Notes: generated by a model from the sequence alone, not told the origin. 64,000 nt of DNA from Thermodesulfobacteriota bacterium (GCA_963675595.2 CAXXLZ010000003.1:217358-281357), one strand, 5' to 3'; positions 8,987-20,256 are shown, numbered from the stretch's first letter. Made by a program: numbers and translations.

Positions 8987-10312
8987 ATGAACATGGATCA
9001 AGCCAGAACACAGGAGTGCGAGACACAACCCGCTCTTCCCAAGGGCTCACGGGGGAGCCCTTCTGTTATTTCAAGAAGCGAACATCCCATATCCCGGAAA
9101 ATGATGGCTGAAGAGGTCCTGAAGGTGCTTTATCGGCTGAAGAACCAGGGACACGTGGCCTATTTGTGCGGCGGGAGCGTTCGCGATCTTCTTTGCGGTG
9201 AAAAACCGAAGGATTTCGACGTGGCCACGGACGCGCGTCCCGGTCAGCTCAGAAAGATATTTGCGAACTCTTGGGCCGTTGGAAAGCGATTTCGAATTAT
9301 TCATGTGGTCTTCAAGGGCGGGAAGATTATAGAAGTATCCACTTTTCGCAAGGAATCCGAGTTCGACGAAGGGCCCGAAAACACAATCATGCTCCGTCCG
9401 GACAATACTTACGGCAACCCGCAAGAAGATGCCCTTCGCCGAGATTTCTCCATCAATGCCCTCTATTACAACATCTCCGATTTTTCGATCATCGACTACG
9501 TGGGAGGAATGGAGGACATACGCAGAGGGGTGATCCGAAGCATCGGAGACCCGGACATTCGTTTCCAGGAGGATCCCATTCGCATCCTCAGGGGTATTCG
9601 TTTTGCCTCCAATCTCAGCTTCCGTATTGAGCCCCGCACCTGGGAGATGATGCGGGCCCACGCGGACAAAGTGCCTCTGTGCCCGCCCTCGCGCATTCAG
9701 GAAGATTTGCTTCGTCTCATGAGGAAATCGGGAGTCGAGAGGGGGTTCCGCTTGATGGACGAAGTCGGCCTCCTGAACCTCTTGCTGCCGGAATTGTCGG
9801 CGATCAGAGGAGCCGGCGATGAATTGCCGGAGGAATTTTTCCGGATCATTGCGTCAATGGACGAGTTCAGAAAAGGGATGGACGATTCCCTGTCCGACGC
9901 GTTGCTCTGGGCCTGCGTCTTTCTCCTTCCGGCACGCGAACAGATCAAGGCACTGGCACAACCTATTGATGATTTGCCCACTGCCGTCCACAATTTCCTT
10001 TGTGAGCCGGGCACGAGACTCAATATCCCAAAAGCGGTTCGGAACGGAGCCAAGAAGCTTATCATGTCTCAAGACTTTTTGGACCCTGATCGCCCCACCC
10101 TTCGAAAGGGGTGGCTGAGATTGTTTCGAAGCGGAGTTTTTGAAGAATCTTTCCTTTTGGCCCGGATCATCGCCGCAGCATCGGGACGAGGAGAAGAAGC
10201 CTTGTTCGAGATCAGGCAGGCGATGGAACAGAGGGCGGCCAAACCATCGTCCGATCGGAAACCCCGGAAACGATCCTCACGGCGGAGAGCCAACCCAAGG
10301 AAGCCCGGCTGA
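8987..10312 (+). CDS. pcnB: poly(A) polymerase I / tRNA nucleotidyltransferase family
   Basis: LCGGSVRDLLCGEKPKDFDVATDARP nucleotidyltransferase motif, GKRFRIIHV, and a basic C-terminal tail. The true start may be an internal Met (MMAEEVL). Confidence 0.8.
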   Translation: MNMDQARTQECETQPALPKGSRGSPSVISRSEHPISRKMMAEEVLKVLYRLKNQGHVAYLCGGSVRDLLCGEKPKDFDVATDARPGQLRKIFANSWAVGKRFRIIHVVFKGGKIIEVSTFRKESEFDEGPENTIMLRPDNTYGNPQEDALRRDFSINALYYNISDFSIIDYVGGMEDIRRGVIRSIGDPDIRFQEDPIRILRGIRFASNLSFRIEPRTWEMMRAHADKVPLCPPSRIQEDLLRLMRKSGVERGFRLMDEVGLLNLLLPELSAIRGAGDELPEEFFRIIASMDEFRKGMDDSLSDALLWACVFLLPAREQIKALAQPIDDLPTAVHNFLCEPGTRLNIPKAVRNGAKKLIMSQDFLDPDRPTLRKGWLRLFRSGVFEESFLLARIIAAASGRGEEALFEIRQAMEQRAAKPSSDRKPRKRSSRRRANPRKPG

Positions 10313-10436
10313 TCCGCTTTGTCGTTTGCGAAAATGATCCTTCAGATCGGCGAGCACCGTCTTTCGCTCCCTCCAGGTTTGACCCTTTTGACTGCCCTGT
10401 GCTAAAACCAGCCATCATCATAGAGGAGAAAGGCCC

Positions 10437-11501
10437 ATGGCCGAAGATAGCGCATCGAACGCCGAGAATAAGAACCTTCTCGGACGTATTCTTTCCTTCC
10501 CGCCCCTCGGGAATACTTATGTCCGAGTCGCCTTGGCGGTGGTTCTGCTCGTATTGATCTATATGGCGCTGAGTTTCTTGGGGTTTTTCGGTTCGGGAAA
10601 GCGTGCGACGGATACGGGCGACTCCGTGCCGGTTCAACGGGAATCAACGAGCAAACCTCCCGGCTCGGCACCCATAGCCGCGTCGGGGGAGGATGAGAGT
10701 GCATCGGTCCGCGCGGCGGAGTCGCTTCATGGCGGGGATGTCGAGGGAGTGCGGTTTACCAAAGCCTTCGTAGCGGCGCTTGATTATGAGTTGACCGAGC
10801 ATGGTTGGAAGCCGAATTCGATCATCTCGGGAAAGCTGCATCTGACCGATAATCTTCGCAATTATCAACTAGGGGTTTTAGAGACCGTTCGACAGTTGGG
10901 TCTGATATTCAAGGAAAAGATCTCCAGATACGGCGACTCGGACAAATTCGATCACCGATTGGAGAATGCGGTGAACTATTTCATGATCAAGGCGGACCAG
11001 TTCTGGTTTCCTGCTGCTGATGATCAATATCGAAAAGGGATTGAGGAAGTCAATGTCTATCTGCAGGACCTCCAAGCCGGTCTTGTACGCTTTTATGCCC
11101 GTTCGGATAATTTCGAGGCGCTGATTCTCGCCTGCAAGGAACTGCTGGGGAACTGCCACTATAACTTGGTGAAAGAGAAGGAGCGAGACGGTGAAAAAGT
11201 CTCTTTTTTCGCCGTCGATGATTACTTCTATTACTCAAAGGGCGTAGCCAAGGCCATGGGAGATATGCTCGCGGCCACGATGTATGATTTCAAGGAAGAG
11301 CTTTCTTTGATCAAAGGGTCCTCCATGATGCGGGAAGTGGTGGACGACCTCCGGTATGCATCCGGTCTGGATCCATGGATCATACTGAACGGCGACTTGG
11401 ACGGATTTATTGCGAACCACCGTGCCAACATGGCGGTGCCTCTGGGCCAAGCGCTGTTCAAACTGAGTAATATGCTGAAGTTTGGGGGAGGGTCTTCGTA
11501 A
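10437..11501 (+). CDS. hypothetical membrane-anchored protein (possibly DUF2333 family)
   Basis: 354 aa with an N-terminal TM helix (VALAVVLLVLIYMALSFLGFF). Size and the conserved-looking block WKPNSIISGKLHLTDNLRNYQLGVLE resemble my recollection of DUF2333. This is unverified. Confidence 0.55.
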   Translation: MAEDSASNAENKNLLGRILSFPPLGNTYVRVALAVVLLVLIYMALSFLGFFGSGKRATDTGDSVPVQRESTSKPPGSAPIAASGEDESASVRAAESLHGGDVEGVRFTKAFVAALDYELTEHGWKPNSIISGKLHLTDNLRNYQLGVLETVRQLGLIFKEKISRYGDSDKFDHRLENAVNYFMIKADQFWFPAADDQYRKGIEEVNVYLQDLQAGLVRFYARSDNFEALILACKELLGNCHYNLVKEKERDGEKVSFFAVDDYFYYSKGVAKAMGDMLAATMYDFKEELSLIKGSSMMREVVDDLRYASGLDPWIILNGDLDGFIANHRANMAVPLGQALFKLSNMLKFGGGSS

Positions 11502-11549
11502 GTCCTTTTTTCAATACGGCGACACGACGTAACGCGACGAGGAAGGGGG

Positions 11550-13769
11550 CTAATTGTTCACCCTGCCCAAGAATCGTCTGAGTGTCTGAACAACGCTGCG
11601 AAAATCGAGTTCCTCCATGTCCGGGCGAATGCTCGCATCTCGGAAAGTTCCGTAGATGCGGAGGGGCAGACTGAGCCCCTCACGTAGAGCGCTCGAAGGA
11701 TCGTCCAGGTCGGGAAACAGGAAGGTCGGCTTGATCTTCACATCCACGGTCTGGTTAAGGCCGAATGAGCCTTGGCCGCTGACACGCAGGACCGGTCCTT
11801 CGAGCTGGAAATCCTCGCTGTAGAAACGTCCCTTGTGGATGTGAAAGGTGCCCTCCAGACCACTGAAGGGTACCTCCTCCCTCTGAGATGAATCCGAGCC
11901 GCGCACGACACTTTCCACGAGTCGGACCACGGCAAGGGGGCTCGGACCCAAAAGAGTGCCTCCATCCATTCGGAACCACGCCTTACCGCTCAGACTTCTC
12001 TGGATGTCGCTGAAACTGGAGCCCCTGCTCCGCAGACTGTAGCCGAGGTCGACGGAGCCGTGCATTTGTTCCAGCCCGGTTAGGTCACGCGTGAGGGGGC
12101 CGGCCTGGACACCGCCGACGGTGTTCTGTAATGCGAAGAACGGCACTTCTCCTCTGAGATCAATCGAGGCACCGCCATCGCAGGCACCTTCGTAGAGTCG
12201 CGCGGTAACCGGCTTGATATGGATTACGCCTTCCTCTCCCCGGATTGCAGCGGACAATTCGGTGAATCGAACGCCCTCGATTTTGCCCCGTTCCATGGAG
12301 AGCCTTCCCCTGGTGTGCATGAGTCCATGAATACCCCAATCCCGGGGTTCGGAGGCATGGGCCTTTAAGGAAGAACCGGCCGGCGCCTCGTCGTTGTGGG
12401 CGACGCGTTTGGACCATGCCGGCTTGGTGTACCGGTCCAGGTCAAGTTCATTTAAGTGGATATCAAAATCGAGACTAGGGGGGGCCGAGGCCTGGTACTT
12501 GAACGACAGTTGTGCGGTGGTCCGGTCGATCCGACAAGAAGCGCCGCGGGCCTGAAAAAGACGAGGCGTACCGAAAATCCGGGCATCCATTTGGGCAACC
12601 TTGAACACGTCGGAACGTTCCAATTCCTGTCTATCGAGAAGTCCGGCTTGCGCCAGAATATCGCCCGGCTTGAAGGGAGGTACCGATAAGTGTAGATCGA
12701 ATTCAGGGAGATCGCCCAAGAAGGCCACGTGACCCCGGACGTTGAGCCGCCCCGGGGATGCCTCGGTACGGAGGGACAGCTCAGTGAGTTCGAAAAGCCT
12801 TCTTTTTGTATCGTATGTGGACAGGGAGCGTCCGAGAAACCTGACTCCGGGCAGGATGTGCGGGCATACAAGATGCCAATCCCCTTTAATAAGAATGGGG
12901 GCACTATCTGCGGAGCGTGTCAGGTCGAAGTCCACTTTGGAGATTTCGATCCCGTCCGGAGATCCTTGCGAGATATTCAGAGCGTGAAGTAGCCTTCTCG
13001 ATGAAACCGAATCGGCTTTCAGGCGCATCACGAATGGGCAATGGGCGATTTGGACCGATGGCGCGTCGAAGGGGCCCACACTGCCTTCCGCCGATACGGA
13101 GGTTCCCTGAAACTCGCCCTGAAGCTCAAACGGTACGGATGCGCCGTAAGAGAATTCACCCGTGAGAAGCTGCACGTTCTTGAGGAGAGTCGTCGGCTGC
13201 TTCCCACGATTCGCCAATAGAACGGTCCCGTGTGTGACTTTCAGTGTTTTCGATCGAAATCCCGCCCAAGAAAGCTCAAAAGGAGTGAACTGAGAAGGCT
13301 GGTTGGGAGTCGGAGGTGTGGTTTGCCGGTCCGGCTCCAAAGGCTCTTCCTTCCAGGCGGGATGCTCATTTTGAGCACGGTCGATTCGGACCTGGGGCGC
13401 CTCTTTCGTGGAAGAGCCGGGGCTGAGCTCCAACACGGGAGATTCGACCGTCATCTTTTCCACCAGGATGCTTCCGCCGAGAAGTGCGACCGGATCGACA
13501 GACAGCTCCAGAGCCTCCGCAGTCAGGCGGCTCCCTTTTCCGAGCATGGTGCAATCCGTCAATTCGATGCCGTAGGCCTTGATACCGAAGGCCGGGACCA
13601 AAGAGAGACCCAGGCGCTGAATCAGGACATGGCCGCCGGTAGCTGTTTGGATCCCGTGCACCAGACTGCCTCGGTGCGCCGGTGTATCCAAGAACCGGTT
13701 GAGAAGTCGAAACAACAATCCCGTCAGGACAACCATGATCACGAAAGCAATTGCCAAGTTGCGTTTCAT
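11550..13769 (-). CDS. AsmA-family outer-membrane biogenesis protein
   Basis: N-terminal anchor MKRNLAIAFVIMVVLTGLLF followed by a long beta-rich body typical of AsmA-like proteins. The ORF opens at 13865, but the Met at 13769 avoids overlap with the kinase gene. Confidence 0.7.
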   Translation of the reverse strand: MKRNLAIAFVIMVVLTGLLFRLLNRFLDTPAHRGSLVHGIQTATGGHVLIQRLGLSLVPAFGIKAYGIELTDCTMLGKGSRLTAEALELSVDPVALLGGSILVEKMTVESPVLELSPGSSTKEAPQVRIDRAQNEHPAWKEEPLEPDRQTTPPTPNQPSQFTPFELSWAGFRSKTLKVTHGTVLLANRGKQPTTLLKNVQLLTGEFSYGASVPFELQGEFQGTSVSAEGSVGPFDAPSVQIAHCPFVMRLKADSVSSRRLLHALNISQGSPDGIEISKVDFDLTRSADSAPILIKGDWHLVCPHILPGVRFLGRSLSTYDTKRRLFELTELSLRTEASPGRLNVRGHVAFLGDLPEFDLHLSVPPFKPGDILAQAGLLDRQELERSDVFKVAQMDARIFGTPRLFQARGASCRIDRTTAQLSFKYQASAPPSLDFDIHLNELDLDRYTKPAWSKRVAHNDEAPAGSSLKAHASEPRDWGIHGLMHTRGRLSMERGKIEGVRFTELSAAIRGEEGVIHIKPVTARLYEGACDGGASIDLRGEVPFFALQNTVGGVQAGPLTRDLTGLEQMHGSVDLGYSLRSRGSSFSDIQRSLSGKAWFRMDGGTLLGPSPLAVVRLVESVVRGSDSSQREEVPFSGLEGTFHIHKGRFYSEDFQLEGPVLRVSGQGSFGLNQTVDVKIKPTFLFPDLDDPSSALREGLSLPLRIYGTFRDASIRPDMEELDFRSVVQTLRRFLGRVNN

Positions 13770-13815
13770 TGGCCGCACCCGGCTCGCGCCACGAAGCAGG
13801 ATTCGGAAAACACCA

Positions 13816-15222
13816 TCATTTGGGCAGAATGAAGTAGAAATTGTTGCCCATACGGGTCGGTTCATATCCCACGGTACCGCCGTGTAACTCCACGACTTCT
13901 TTTATGAAAATCAGACCGTGGCCGGTCCCGTACTCATCTTCCACGTTTCCGCCTCGGTATCCTTCCTTGAATAAGTTGGGTATGTCTTCGGCCTGGATAT
14001 GAGGTCCCGTGCTGAACAGATTGAATTTGATGCCGTCCTTCCCTTCTCCGAAATGGTTTCTCAGAATCTCCATGCCCAGGGCGATGAATTTGTTGTTGCA
14101 GCCGCACTCGTCCACTACTTCTCGTGTGTACTTGATCGCATTGGTGAACAGATTGGCGTACACTTGGGAAATGAGGCCGGCATCGGCGACCACTGTGATC
14201 TCCTCGTCCGGGATGCCTCCCAGCTGATCGTCCACCGCGATGCGTCGTTCTTCGAGTCTGGGCAGATAGCGATTGAGCTGGGGGCGGATGATTCTTTCCT
14301 TGAAATTTGTTCTGGTGGGCTCGAGGACGTACCTTCCCTGTTCGAAGTGTGATCGGCGGAGCAACGTTTCAAGAAAAAGGCTGGTGTGCTCATAGTGGCC
14401 CAGTATCTGTTCGAACTGCTCTTCCATGGACTCGTTGATATAATGCAGTTCTTCCTGCAGGGCGATGATCTCGCGCATGATTTCCGCATCAAAACGCTCT
14501 CTGACCTTGTCCAACCGGTGCTTTAACTCCAGCCCGATCTCCCGGGCTCTGTCGATCTTCCCTTTCAGTCGCCTGAAGAAGAGCTTGAAGTACATGTTGG
14601 GCACGATCACATTGTGCCCTATGTCGCTCACGAGGTTGTTGATGAAACGAAGATGTTCCTTGTTTCTTTCCGTAATGAGCCGGTTGTGTAGTTGAAATCC
14701 GATCCGGTTTGCGTATTTCTCGAAAAACAGCATCATGTGCTCGGTGAGTTCGGATGCCGGATAAATTTCGATCAGACCAAGCGTACCCTTGTCGTGAGCC
14801 TGAGGCAAAGCCGACAAGAGTTTTTCATTCCCCTTCACGGGAGTCAGGTACGAACCTCCCACGATCGTCGGTTTGTGTGTTATGGGAGGTACGGAAACCG
14901 TGATAGCGGGCGGATCGTGATATAGGTCTTCGGAATGGCTCACCATAACCAATGAGCTTTGATTGTGCACGACATAAAGAACACTCTTGAGGTCAAAGAA
15001 TATCTTCGGGACCATAACGCACATACGATAGAAGTCATGTTGACTCTCGAGTTCCTGGGATAGGTCGAAGAATGTCTTTAACGCGCAGTCTTGAACTGAA
15101 TTAAAGGAATAGTTCTCGTAATCATCAATCTTTTCGTACACCCGTTTTTCGATAAAAAAGATGCGCTCTTCCATGGACCCGCTTAATGATTGTGAAAACC
15201 TTTGACTCACGGGAAGCCTCAA
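13816..15222 (-). CDS. sensor histidine kinase (GAF-like N-terminus, HATPase_c C-terminus)
   Basis: H-box-like SDIGHNVIVP, N-box ANLFTNAIKYT, and G-boxes GTGHGLIFIKEVVELHGG. No TM segment, so probably cytoplasmic. Confidence 0.8.
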   Translation of the reverse strand: MRLPVSQRFSQSLSGSMEERIFFIEKRVYEKIDDYENYSFNSVQDCALKTFFDLSQELESQHDFYRMCVMVPKIFFDLKSVLYVVHNQSSLVMVSHSEDLYHDPPAITVSVPPITHKPTIVGGSYLTPVKGNEKLLSALPQAHDKGTLGLIEIYPASELTEHMMLFFEKYANRIGFQLHNRLITERNKEHLRFINNLVSDIGHNVIVPNMYFKLFFRRLKGKIDRAREIGLELKHRLDKVRERFDAEIMREIIALQEELHYINESMEEQFEQILGHYEHTSLFLETLLRRSHFEQGRYVLEPTRTNFKERIIRPQLNRYLPRLEERRIAVDDQLGGIPDEEITVVADAGLISQVYANLFTNAIKYTREVVDECGCNNKFIALGMEILRNHFGEGKDGIKFNLFSTGPHIQAEDIPNLFKEGYRGGNVEDEYGTGHGLIFIKEVVELHGGTVGYEPTRMGNNFYFILPK

Positions 15223-15417
15223 CTATGATGACTTATTGATGATGTTTTAAGTATTATATTCCGAATACTTTGAGTTACATACCACATTCGATGGTCGAAA
15301 AAAAGGATTTTCAAGGTTGCAACAAGTGAATCTTGTTACAAGAAATCGAAATTCTTCCGACGATTCCGGCGGTTGAAGGGTGGGCGTTCATTCGAGAATT
15401 CGGGACGGCTGAGACTT

Positions 15418-16212
15418 TTAATCGATCGCCTGCTTTTTTGCCAATTCGATGATCTCGGCAGTGGACGGGGCTGCAAGGAAGCACTCTTCCACGATGTATT
15501 TATCGCGAACTTCCTCCGGCTCGCGGTCGGTCTCATGAGAAAACAGGCCTTTGAAGGTGCGCCACAGGAACGTAAGCTCGTCCACGTAATTGTCCCAGGC
15601 AACGGCCAGCGTGCTCCGGTTGGGTTCCGGTATGGACGCATGCCCTGCCTCCTCTTTCAGCAGCACTCGCTGATTCTCGGCTTTGGCGCTTTCGAAAAAG
15701 AAACCCACCGCCATGGCGGGCACCACCAATCCGGTCGAGGCGTTCAAGGCCAAGCCCGCCGCGGAACCCAGAACGAAGTAGGTATAGCTTCTGAGCTTCC
15801 TGCTGTTTAATTCATGCTCATCGGCTTCGCGGAAGCGGAGCACTATTCGATATCCGTAAAACGCTTCGAAATGCTGCTCAAGATCATAAAAAGCCAGAGA
15901 CTTGATGATGAATTCGGCGACATGTCCGATGTACACTCCTTGCGGTAGATCCACTGTACCGAGGCCGTTATCCCGGGCTTGCAGCAGACAGCTGAAAAGG
16001 GTGTCGCATCGGCTTGTGTGCTCCGAGTCACCTTTGAGACAAATTACGTTGACGTATCCTCTCCTGGGTTCCCAATCCTTCGCACCGGACGTGGCCTGAG
16101 ACGGCGGGCTTGTCGCCGTTCTCGGCCTCCCGGAAGCACTGTCGGCCCACGGTGTGCAGGCTGAGGCCACAGAAATCCAGGCCGCAATACAAACGGCGAG
16201 GAAGGCTCTCAT
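15418..16212 (-). CDS. hypothetical lipoprotein
   Basis: The internal Met at 16212 gives MRAFLAVCIAAWISVASAC, which is a lipobox signal peptide. The 151 codons upstream in the long ORF are Arg/Gly-rich junk-like sequence. Confidence 0.55.
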   Translation of the reverse strand: MRAFLAVCIAAWISVASACTPWADSASGRPRTATSPPSQATSGAKDWEPRRGYVNVICLKGDSEHTSRCDTLFSCLLQARDNGLGTVDLPQGVYIGHVAEFIIKSLAFYDLEQHFEAFYGYRIVLRFREADEHELNSRKLRSYTYFVLGSAAGLALNASTGLVVPAMAVGFFFESAKAENQRVLLKEEAGHASIPEPNRSTLAVAWDNYVDELTFLWRTFKGLFSHETDREPEEVRDKYIVEECFLAAPSTAEIIELAKKQAID

Positions 16213-16830
16213 TGGAACGCGGCAAGTACATGGGGTGCGGCTCTCATCACGATGGGGCGGCGGGTCGACGGGAGGTGAGGGCATGTCACGGCTCATGCCG
16301 GAGCGGCGGTTCAGCGTAACCCACGGAAGACGCCCCGCAAACCGTTTCGCAGGTCGCAGGCCCCGAGGCATGCCGATTGATTCGAAGGGGTGCGGGAAAG
16401 ACGATATCGATTCGTTTGAACATGATATTCTTCCCCTTCTTGCGGACAAAGACCGTATATCAGGCGGTCCCGGCGGAAGACTTCCCTGCCTGCCGACACC
16501 GACGCGTAAGACTCGACATGTCCCCACGCCTATTCTACATCCCACCTGGAAACGTCTATCAATACACGCATATGTTTGACGAACTCCGCCGAGCGTATAG
16601 GTTCTTTCACATAATATGCCGGGGCGCCTCAGGCCTCCGCAGGTGCAAATCTGCTGCATCAGCATTGGATTGTTGTTTTCATCTTACATTGTTCGCCCCC
16701 GACGGTTCAAGCATAGGGGTAAACTTCAAAGCGAACGACGGCGTTCCGCCCGACCCGGATTCACTATGTTTTTTCGCATGTCTCGGGAGTTGCAGTTGCC
16801 TAATGGGCAACCATGTGTTACTTTGTACCC

Positions 16831-17349
16831 ATGAGAACGAAAAGGACAATCAAACGAGCGGCGAGTGGTGCGGGGTTGTGGCTTTTGGCTGCGACTCTCA
16901 TTTTCTGTTGGTCTACAAGAGCCTTGGCTGCAGGCATCCAGGGGGATCTTGATTTTACACTCAAGAACCTTGACTCGAAGGAGGTGCAACTCTCGTCGTA
17001 CCTCGGTAAGCCGATTATCCTGGTGTTCTGGGCGACTTTCTGTCCGACCTGCAAGGAAGAGATACCGTATCTCGTGGAGTTTTACAAGGAGAACAAGAAG
17101 AGCGACCTTGTATTTCTCAGCTTGGCAATGGACAAGAAGGCTCCTGAAAAGATTAAGGAGTTTACCGAACGGAACGGCATCCACTATCCGGTACTGACGG
17201 CCGACTCGAAGACCGCCAGGAAGTGGGGCGTGCGCGCCATACCCGCGGCCTTTATGATCGACAGACGAGGAGAGATCACGCATCGACTGTCGGGACTAAA
17301 TATGACGGTCGACATGAAACGATACCTGGATGAGATCATGGCGAAGTAG
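16831..17349 (+). CDS. TlpA/ResA-like thiol:disulfide oxidoreductase (thioredoxin fold)
   Basis: Signal/anchor sequence followed by the WATFCPTCKEE CxxC motif. Confidence 0.8.
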   Translation: MRTKRTIKRAASGAGLWLLAATLIFCWSTRALAAGIQGDLDFTLKNLDSKEVQLSSYLGKPIILVFWATFCPTCKEEIPYLVEFYKENKKSDLVFLSLAMDKKAPEKIKEFTERNGIHYPVLTADSKTARKWGVRAIPAAFMIDRRGEITHRLSGLNMTVDMKRYLDEIMAK

Positions 17350-17534
17350 ACCGTAGGCGGGCACTGCAGGCGATGGAGTTTATCCGATCCATCCAAAAAG
17401 GTGGGGGGCGTACAAGCGGGTACGCGGATAAAACCGTTGGTTATATTCCGGTTTGACCGGCATGCTCAGGAAAGGACAAGCGATTTCGGGCCGTTCATAA
17501 CCGAACCGATTTTTCCATCATCCTCGGCCGGAAA

Positions 17535-18932
17535 TCAGGTATTCTTTCTCCATCGGGGATGGGTAATGCCCAATTTCCGTATCTTGTAGTTCAGGACTCT
17601 TCGGCTGATTCCCAGCTCATCCGCCGCATCCTTCTGAATCCATAAATTTTTCTCCAAGGCTCGGAGGATCAACCGGCGTTCGTTGTCCGTGAGAGACGGG
17701 AGTTCCTGCTTGACGGCCTTTGGTTCCGGCCTCTCGTGGGCGGCGAGTTGGAAGGGCGCGGCGGGCGCGGGGAGGATCCCTAAGGCGACGTTGTCGGGAC
17801 CGATGACGGGGTCGTCGCTCAGCAAAACGGCTCTCTCCACGGTGTTCGAGAGCTGGCGTATGTTGCCCGGCCAATCATAGCCCATCAGGGTGTCCATCAC
17901 TTCCGCGGAAAAGCCTCCCATCTTCTTCTTCAGAGCCTTGGAGTGCTTCTCCAAGAAAGATTCGGCGAGCGGACCGATGTCTTCTCGACGCTCTCGCAGG
18001 GGGGGGAGGTGGATATTCAGTACGTTGATGCGGTAGTACAGGTCCTCCCTAAAAAAACTCTTGGCGATTTCGTCCGGGAGTGACCGGTTGGTGGCTGCGA
18101 TGATTCTTACGTTTACGCGTATGGTTTTGTTGCCCCCCACGCGTTCGAATTCCCGCTCTTCAAGTACTCGCAGCAGTTTCGCCTGCAGCATCGGACTGAT
18201 TTCTCCGATTTCGTCCAGGAAAACGGTTCCGCCGTTTCCCTGCTCGAACCTGCCGATACGCCGCTTGGTGGCGCCGGTAAAGGCTCCTTTCTCGTGTCCG
18301 AAAAACTCGCTGTCGAGCAGTGTATCGGGCATATTAGCGCAGTTGATCTTGACGAAGGGAGATTTGGCACGACGACTATTGAAGTGGATGGATCCTCCCA
18401 AGAAGCTCTTTCCGGTTCCGGTTTCCCCGGTCATGAGAACCGTGGAGTCGGTTTCCGCCACCTTTTCAATCATCCGGATGACTTGTTTCATGGCCGGGCT
18501 CAGGGCGATAATTCTCGACAGGTCATAAACCACATCCTGACTGCGACGGAGATAGTCCACCTCGTACCTGAGGGCCCTTTTCTCCAGAGCCTGATCCACG
18601 GTGTTGCGGATCTTGTCCGGGGAGAACGGCTTGACGACGAAGTCGTGAGCGCCGTTGCGTATGGCCTCGACCACCTCTTGAGTCTCCGCCGCTTCTCCCG
18701 TCATGATCACCACCGTCTCCGGTGATACGGTCTTGATGGAGTGGAGGAGATCCGAACCATTGGTACCGTTGGACCGTTTGTCGATGATGGCCACATCATA
18801 CAGTTTTCCGGCGAGAGCTTCGAAGCCGTCCGGCCTGTGCTGCCAGAACTCCAAATCGTGATCCGCAGAGAGGACTTCCCGGAGAATGTCTTTCCAAACC
18901 GGATTCGTTTCTAAGATTAGGACCTGGGCCAT
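17535..18932 (-). CDS. sigma54-dependent response regulator (NtrC family)
   Basis: Receiver domain (YDVAIID), AAA+ domain with VLMTGETGTGKS and GAFTGA (FGHEKGAFTGA), and a C-terminal Fis-type HTH. The start is taken at MAQVLILE (ATG at 18932). Confidence 0.85.
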   Translation of the reverse strand: MAQVLILETNPVWKDILREVLSADHDLEFWQHRPDGFEALAGKLYDVAIIDKRSNGTNGSDLLHSIKTVSPETVVIMTGEAAETQEVVEAIRNGAHDFVVKPFSPDKIRNTVDQALEKRALRYEVDYLRRSQDVVYDLSRIIALSPAMKQVIRMIEKVAETDSTVLMTGETGTGKSFLGGSIHFNSRRAKSPFVKINCANMPDTLLDSEFFGHEKGAFTGATKRRIGRFEQGNGGTVFLDEIGEISPMLQAKLLRVLEEREFERVGGNKTIRVNVRIIAATNRSLPDEIAKSFFREDLYYRINVLNIHLPPLRERREDIGPLAESFLEKHSKALKKKMGGFSAEVMDTLMGYDWPGNIRQLSNTVERAVLLSDDPVIGPDNVALGILPAPAAPFQLAAHERPEPKAVKQELPSLTDNERRLILRALEKNLWIQKDAADELGISRRVLNYKIRKLGITHPRWRKNT

Positions 18933-19452
18933 ATGAACGTCTCCTATAACGGGATGTCCAAATTCTTTCGCGTCGCGGGTCTGTCGGTGAAGGGAATTCG
19001 AAGATGAAAACAACTCAATTGCCGCCCACGGATTCGCGACGGATACGGTCACGAGCGTGGTCCACGCGTGAGACGGTTACGATGCATCCCGGATCGCGAG
19101 GGCTCGGGCGACATGAAGCACAGTATTGTTACTATTATTGCAAAATAGGCCCTTGGCTTGCAACCCCATTTGGTGGTCCCCGGGGTTGGGAAGGCTGAAC
19201 GGGTATTTCGTTCCGCATCAAATGACAATGGCTTGTCCTGTGATCATCTTTACAGTTAATTCGATTTGCAGTAAGCGCCATCCGATGAGGTGCGTGGATC
19301 CCCGGGGCTTCGCAGCGACTATCGGAGGTGGAGACGGATGTGAACGATGAATCTGCTGGAGATTCGGTCTTTACGAGCAAGGCTTGTGCCGAGGCGTCGG
19401 CGTTTATGTGTCGTTTGCCTCGCCGGTATGAACCAAAAGGAAGGAGACGAAT

Positions 19453-20076
19453 GTGATCGTTAAAATGTTGCCGGTAGGTCCTATTCAGGCGAACTGCTAC
19501 GTGTTGGGGTGTGAGAAGACTGGAAAAGGTGTGGTGATCGATCCGGGCGACGAGGTGAACAGGATAATGAAAGTGCTCGAACTGGAAGGGGTGGAGCTGG
19601 AATATATTCTAAATACGCATGGACATTTCGACCATGTGGGCGGTAATGCGGGATTGAAGCGCGCGACCGGTGCCAAGCTGGCAATTCACCGCCTGGATGC
19701 GCCCATGCTGGAACATCTTGGGGCGACGGCGGCCGCCTGGGGAATGACCGCGGAGAACTCGCCGACTCCCGATATGTTCTTGGAGGACGGGGACATTCTT
19801 CCGGTGGGGGATATCTCTCTTGAGGTGTTGCACACTCCCGGGCATTCGCCGGGCGGCATTTCGCTCTTTACCGACGGGATGGTTTTTGTCGGGGATTTGT
19901 TGTTCGCCGGTTCCATCGGTCGTACCGACTTTCCGGGAGGAGATTTCGATACGTTGATCAGGTCCGTGAAGACCAAGATATTTCCGTTGGGAGACGAAGT
20001 TCAGGTGATGACGGGTCATGGGCCGAGCACAAGCATCCGGAGAGAGCGGCTTTCGAATCCCTTCCTGCAGGGGTAG
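19453..20076 (+). CDS. MBL-fold metallo-hydrolase (GloB-like)
   Basis: HGHFDHVGG metal-binding motif. GTG start preceded by AAGGAGA. Confidence 0.8.
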   Translation: MIVKMLPVGPIQANCYVLGCEKTGKGVVIDPGDEVNRIMKVLELEGVELEYILNTHGHFDHVGGNAGLKRATGAKLAIHRLDAPMLEHLGATAAAWGMTAENSPTPDMFLEDGDILPVGDISLEVLHTPGHSPGGISLFTDGMVFVGDLLFAGSIGRTDFPGGDFDTLIRSVKTKIFPLGDEVQVMTGHGPSTSIRRERLSNPFLQG

Positions 20077-20256
20077 CGCCGCGCGGCGGATGCACTGGGG
20101 AGGAACGGAGCGCCGGCGGCTGGATCTCGGAGGTGTAGCCTGCTGAGATATCACCGCGTTAAAGGGAAAGAAGCATTGGGGGTCGGCGATCGGACACGAG
20201 TCCCGGCAGGGGAAAGAGGAGCGGGAGGAAAAAGAGAAGCGCAACGGGGCGAAGAA

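Noticed and set aside
15317-15341. Inverted repeat TTGCAACAAG-N5-CTTGTTACAA, considered as a terminator of the lipoprotein gene.
   Set aside because: The stem has a mismatch and the T-run on the relevant strand starts about 10 nt after the stem. This is too weak to call.
16213-16665. N-terminal 151 codons of the 415-aa ORF 15418-16665, and other ORFs in the 600-bp spacer (16377-16952, 16616-16834).
   Set aside because: Their composition is Arg/Gly/Cys-rich and non-protein-like. A clean lipoprotein signal peptide begins at the internal Met (16212). The plus-strand ORFs overlap the well-supported tlpA-like gene out of frame.
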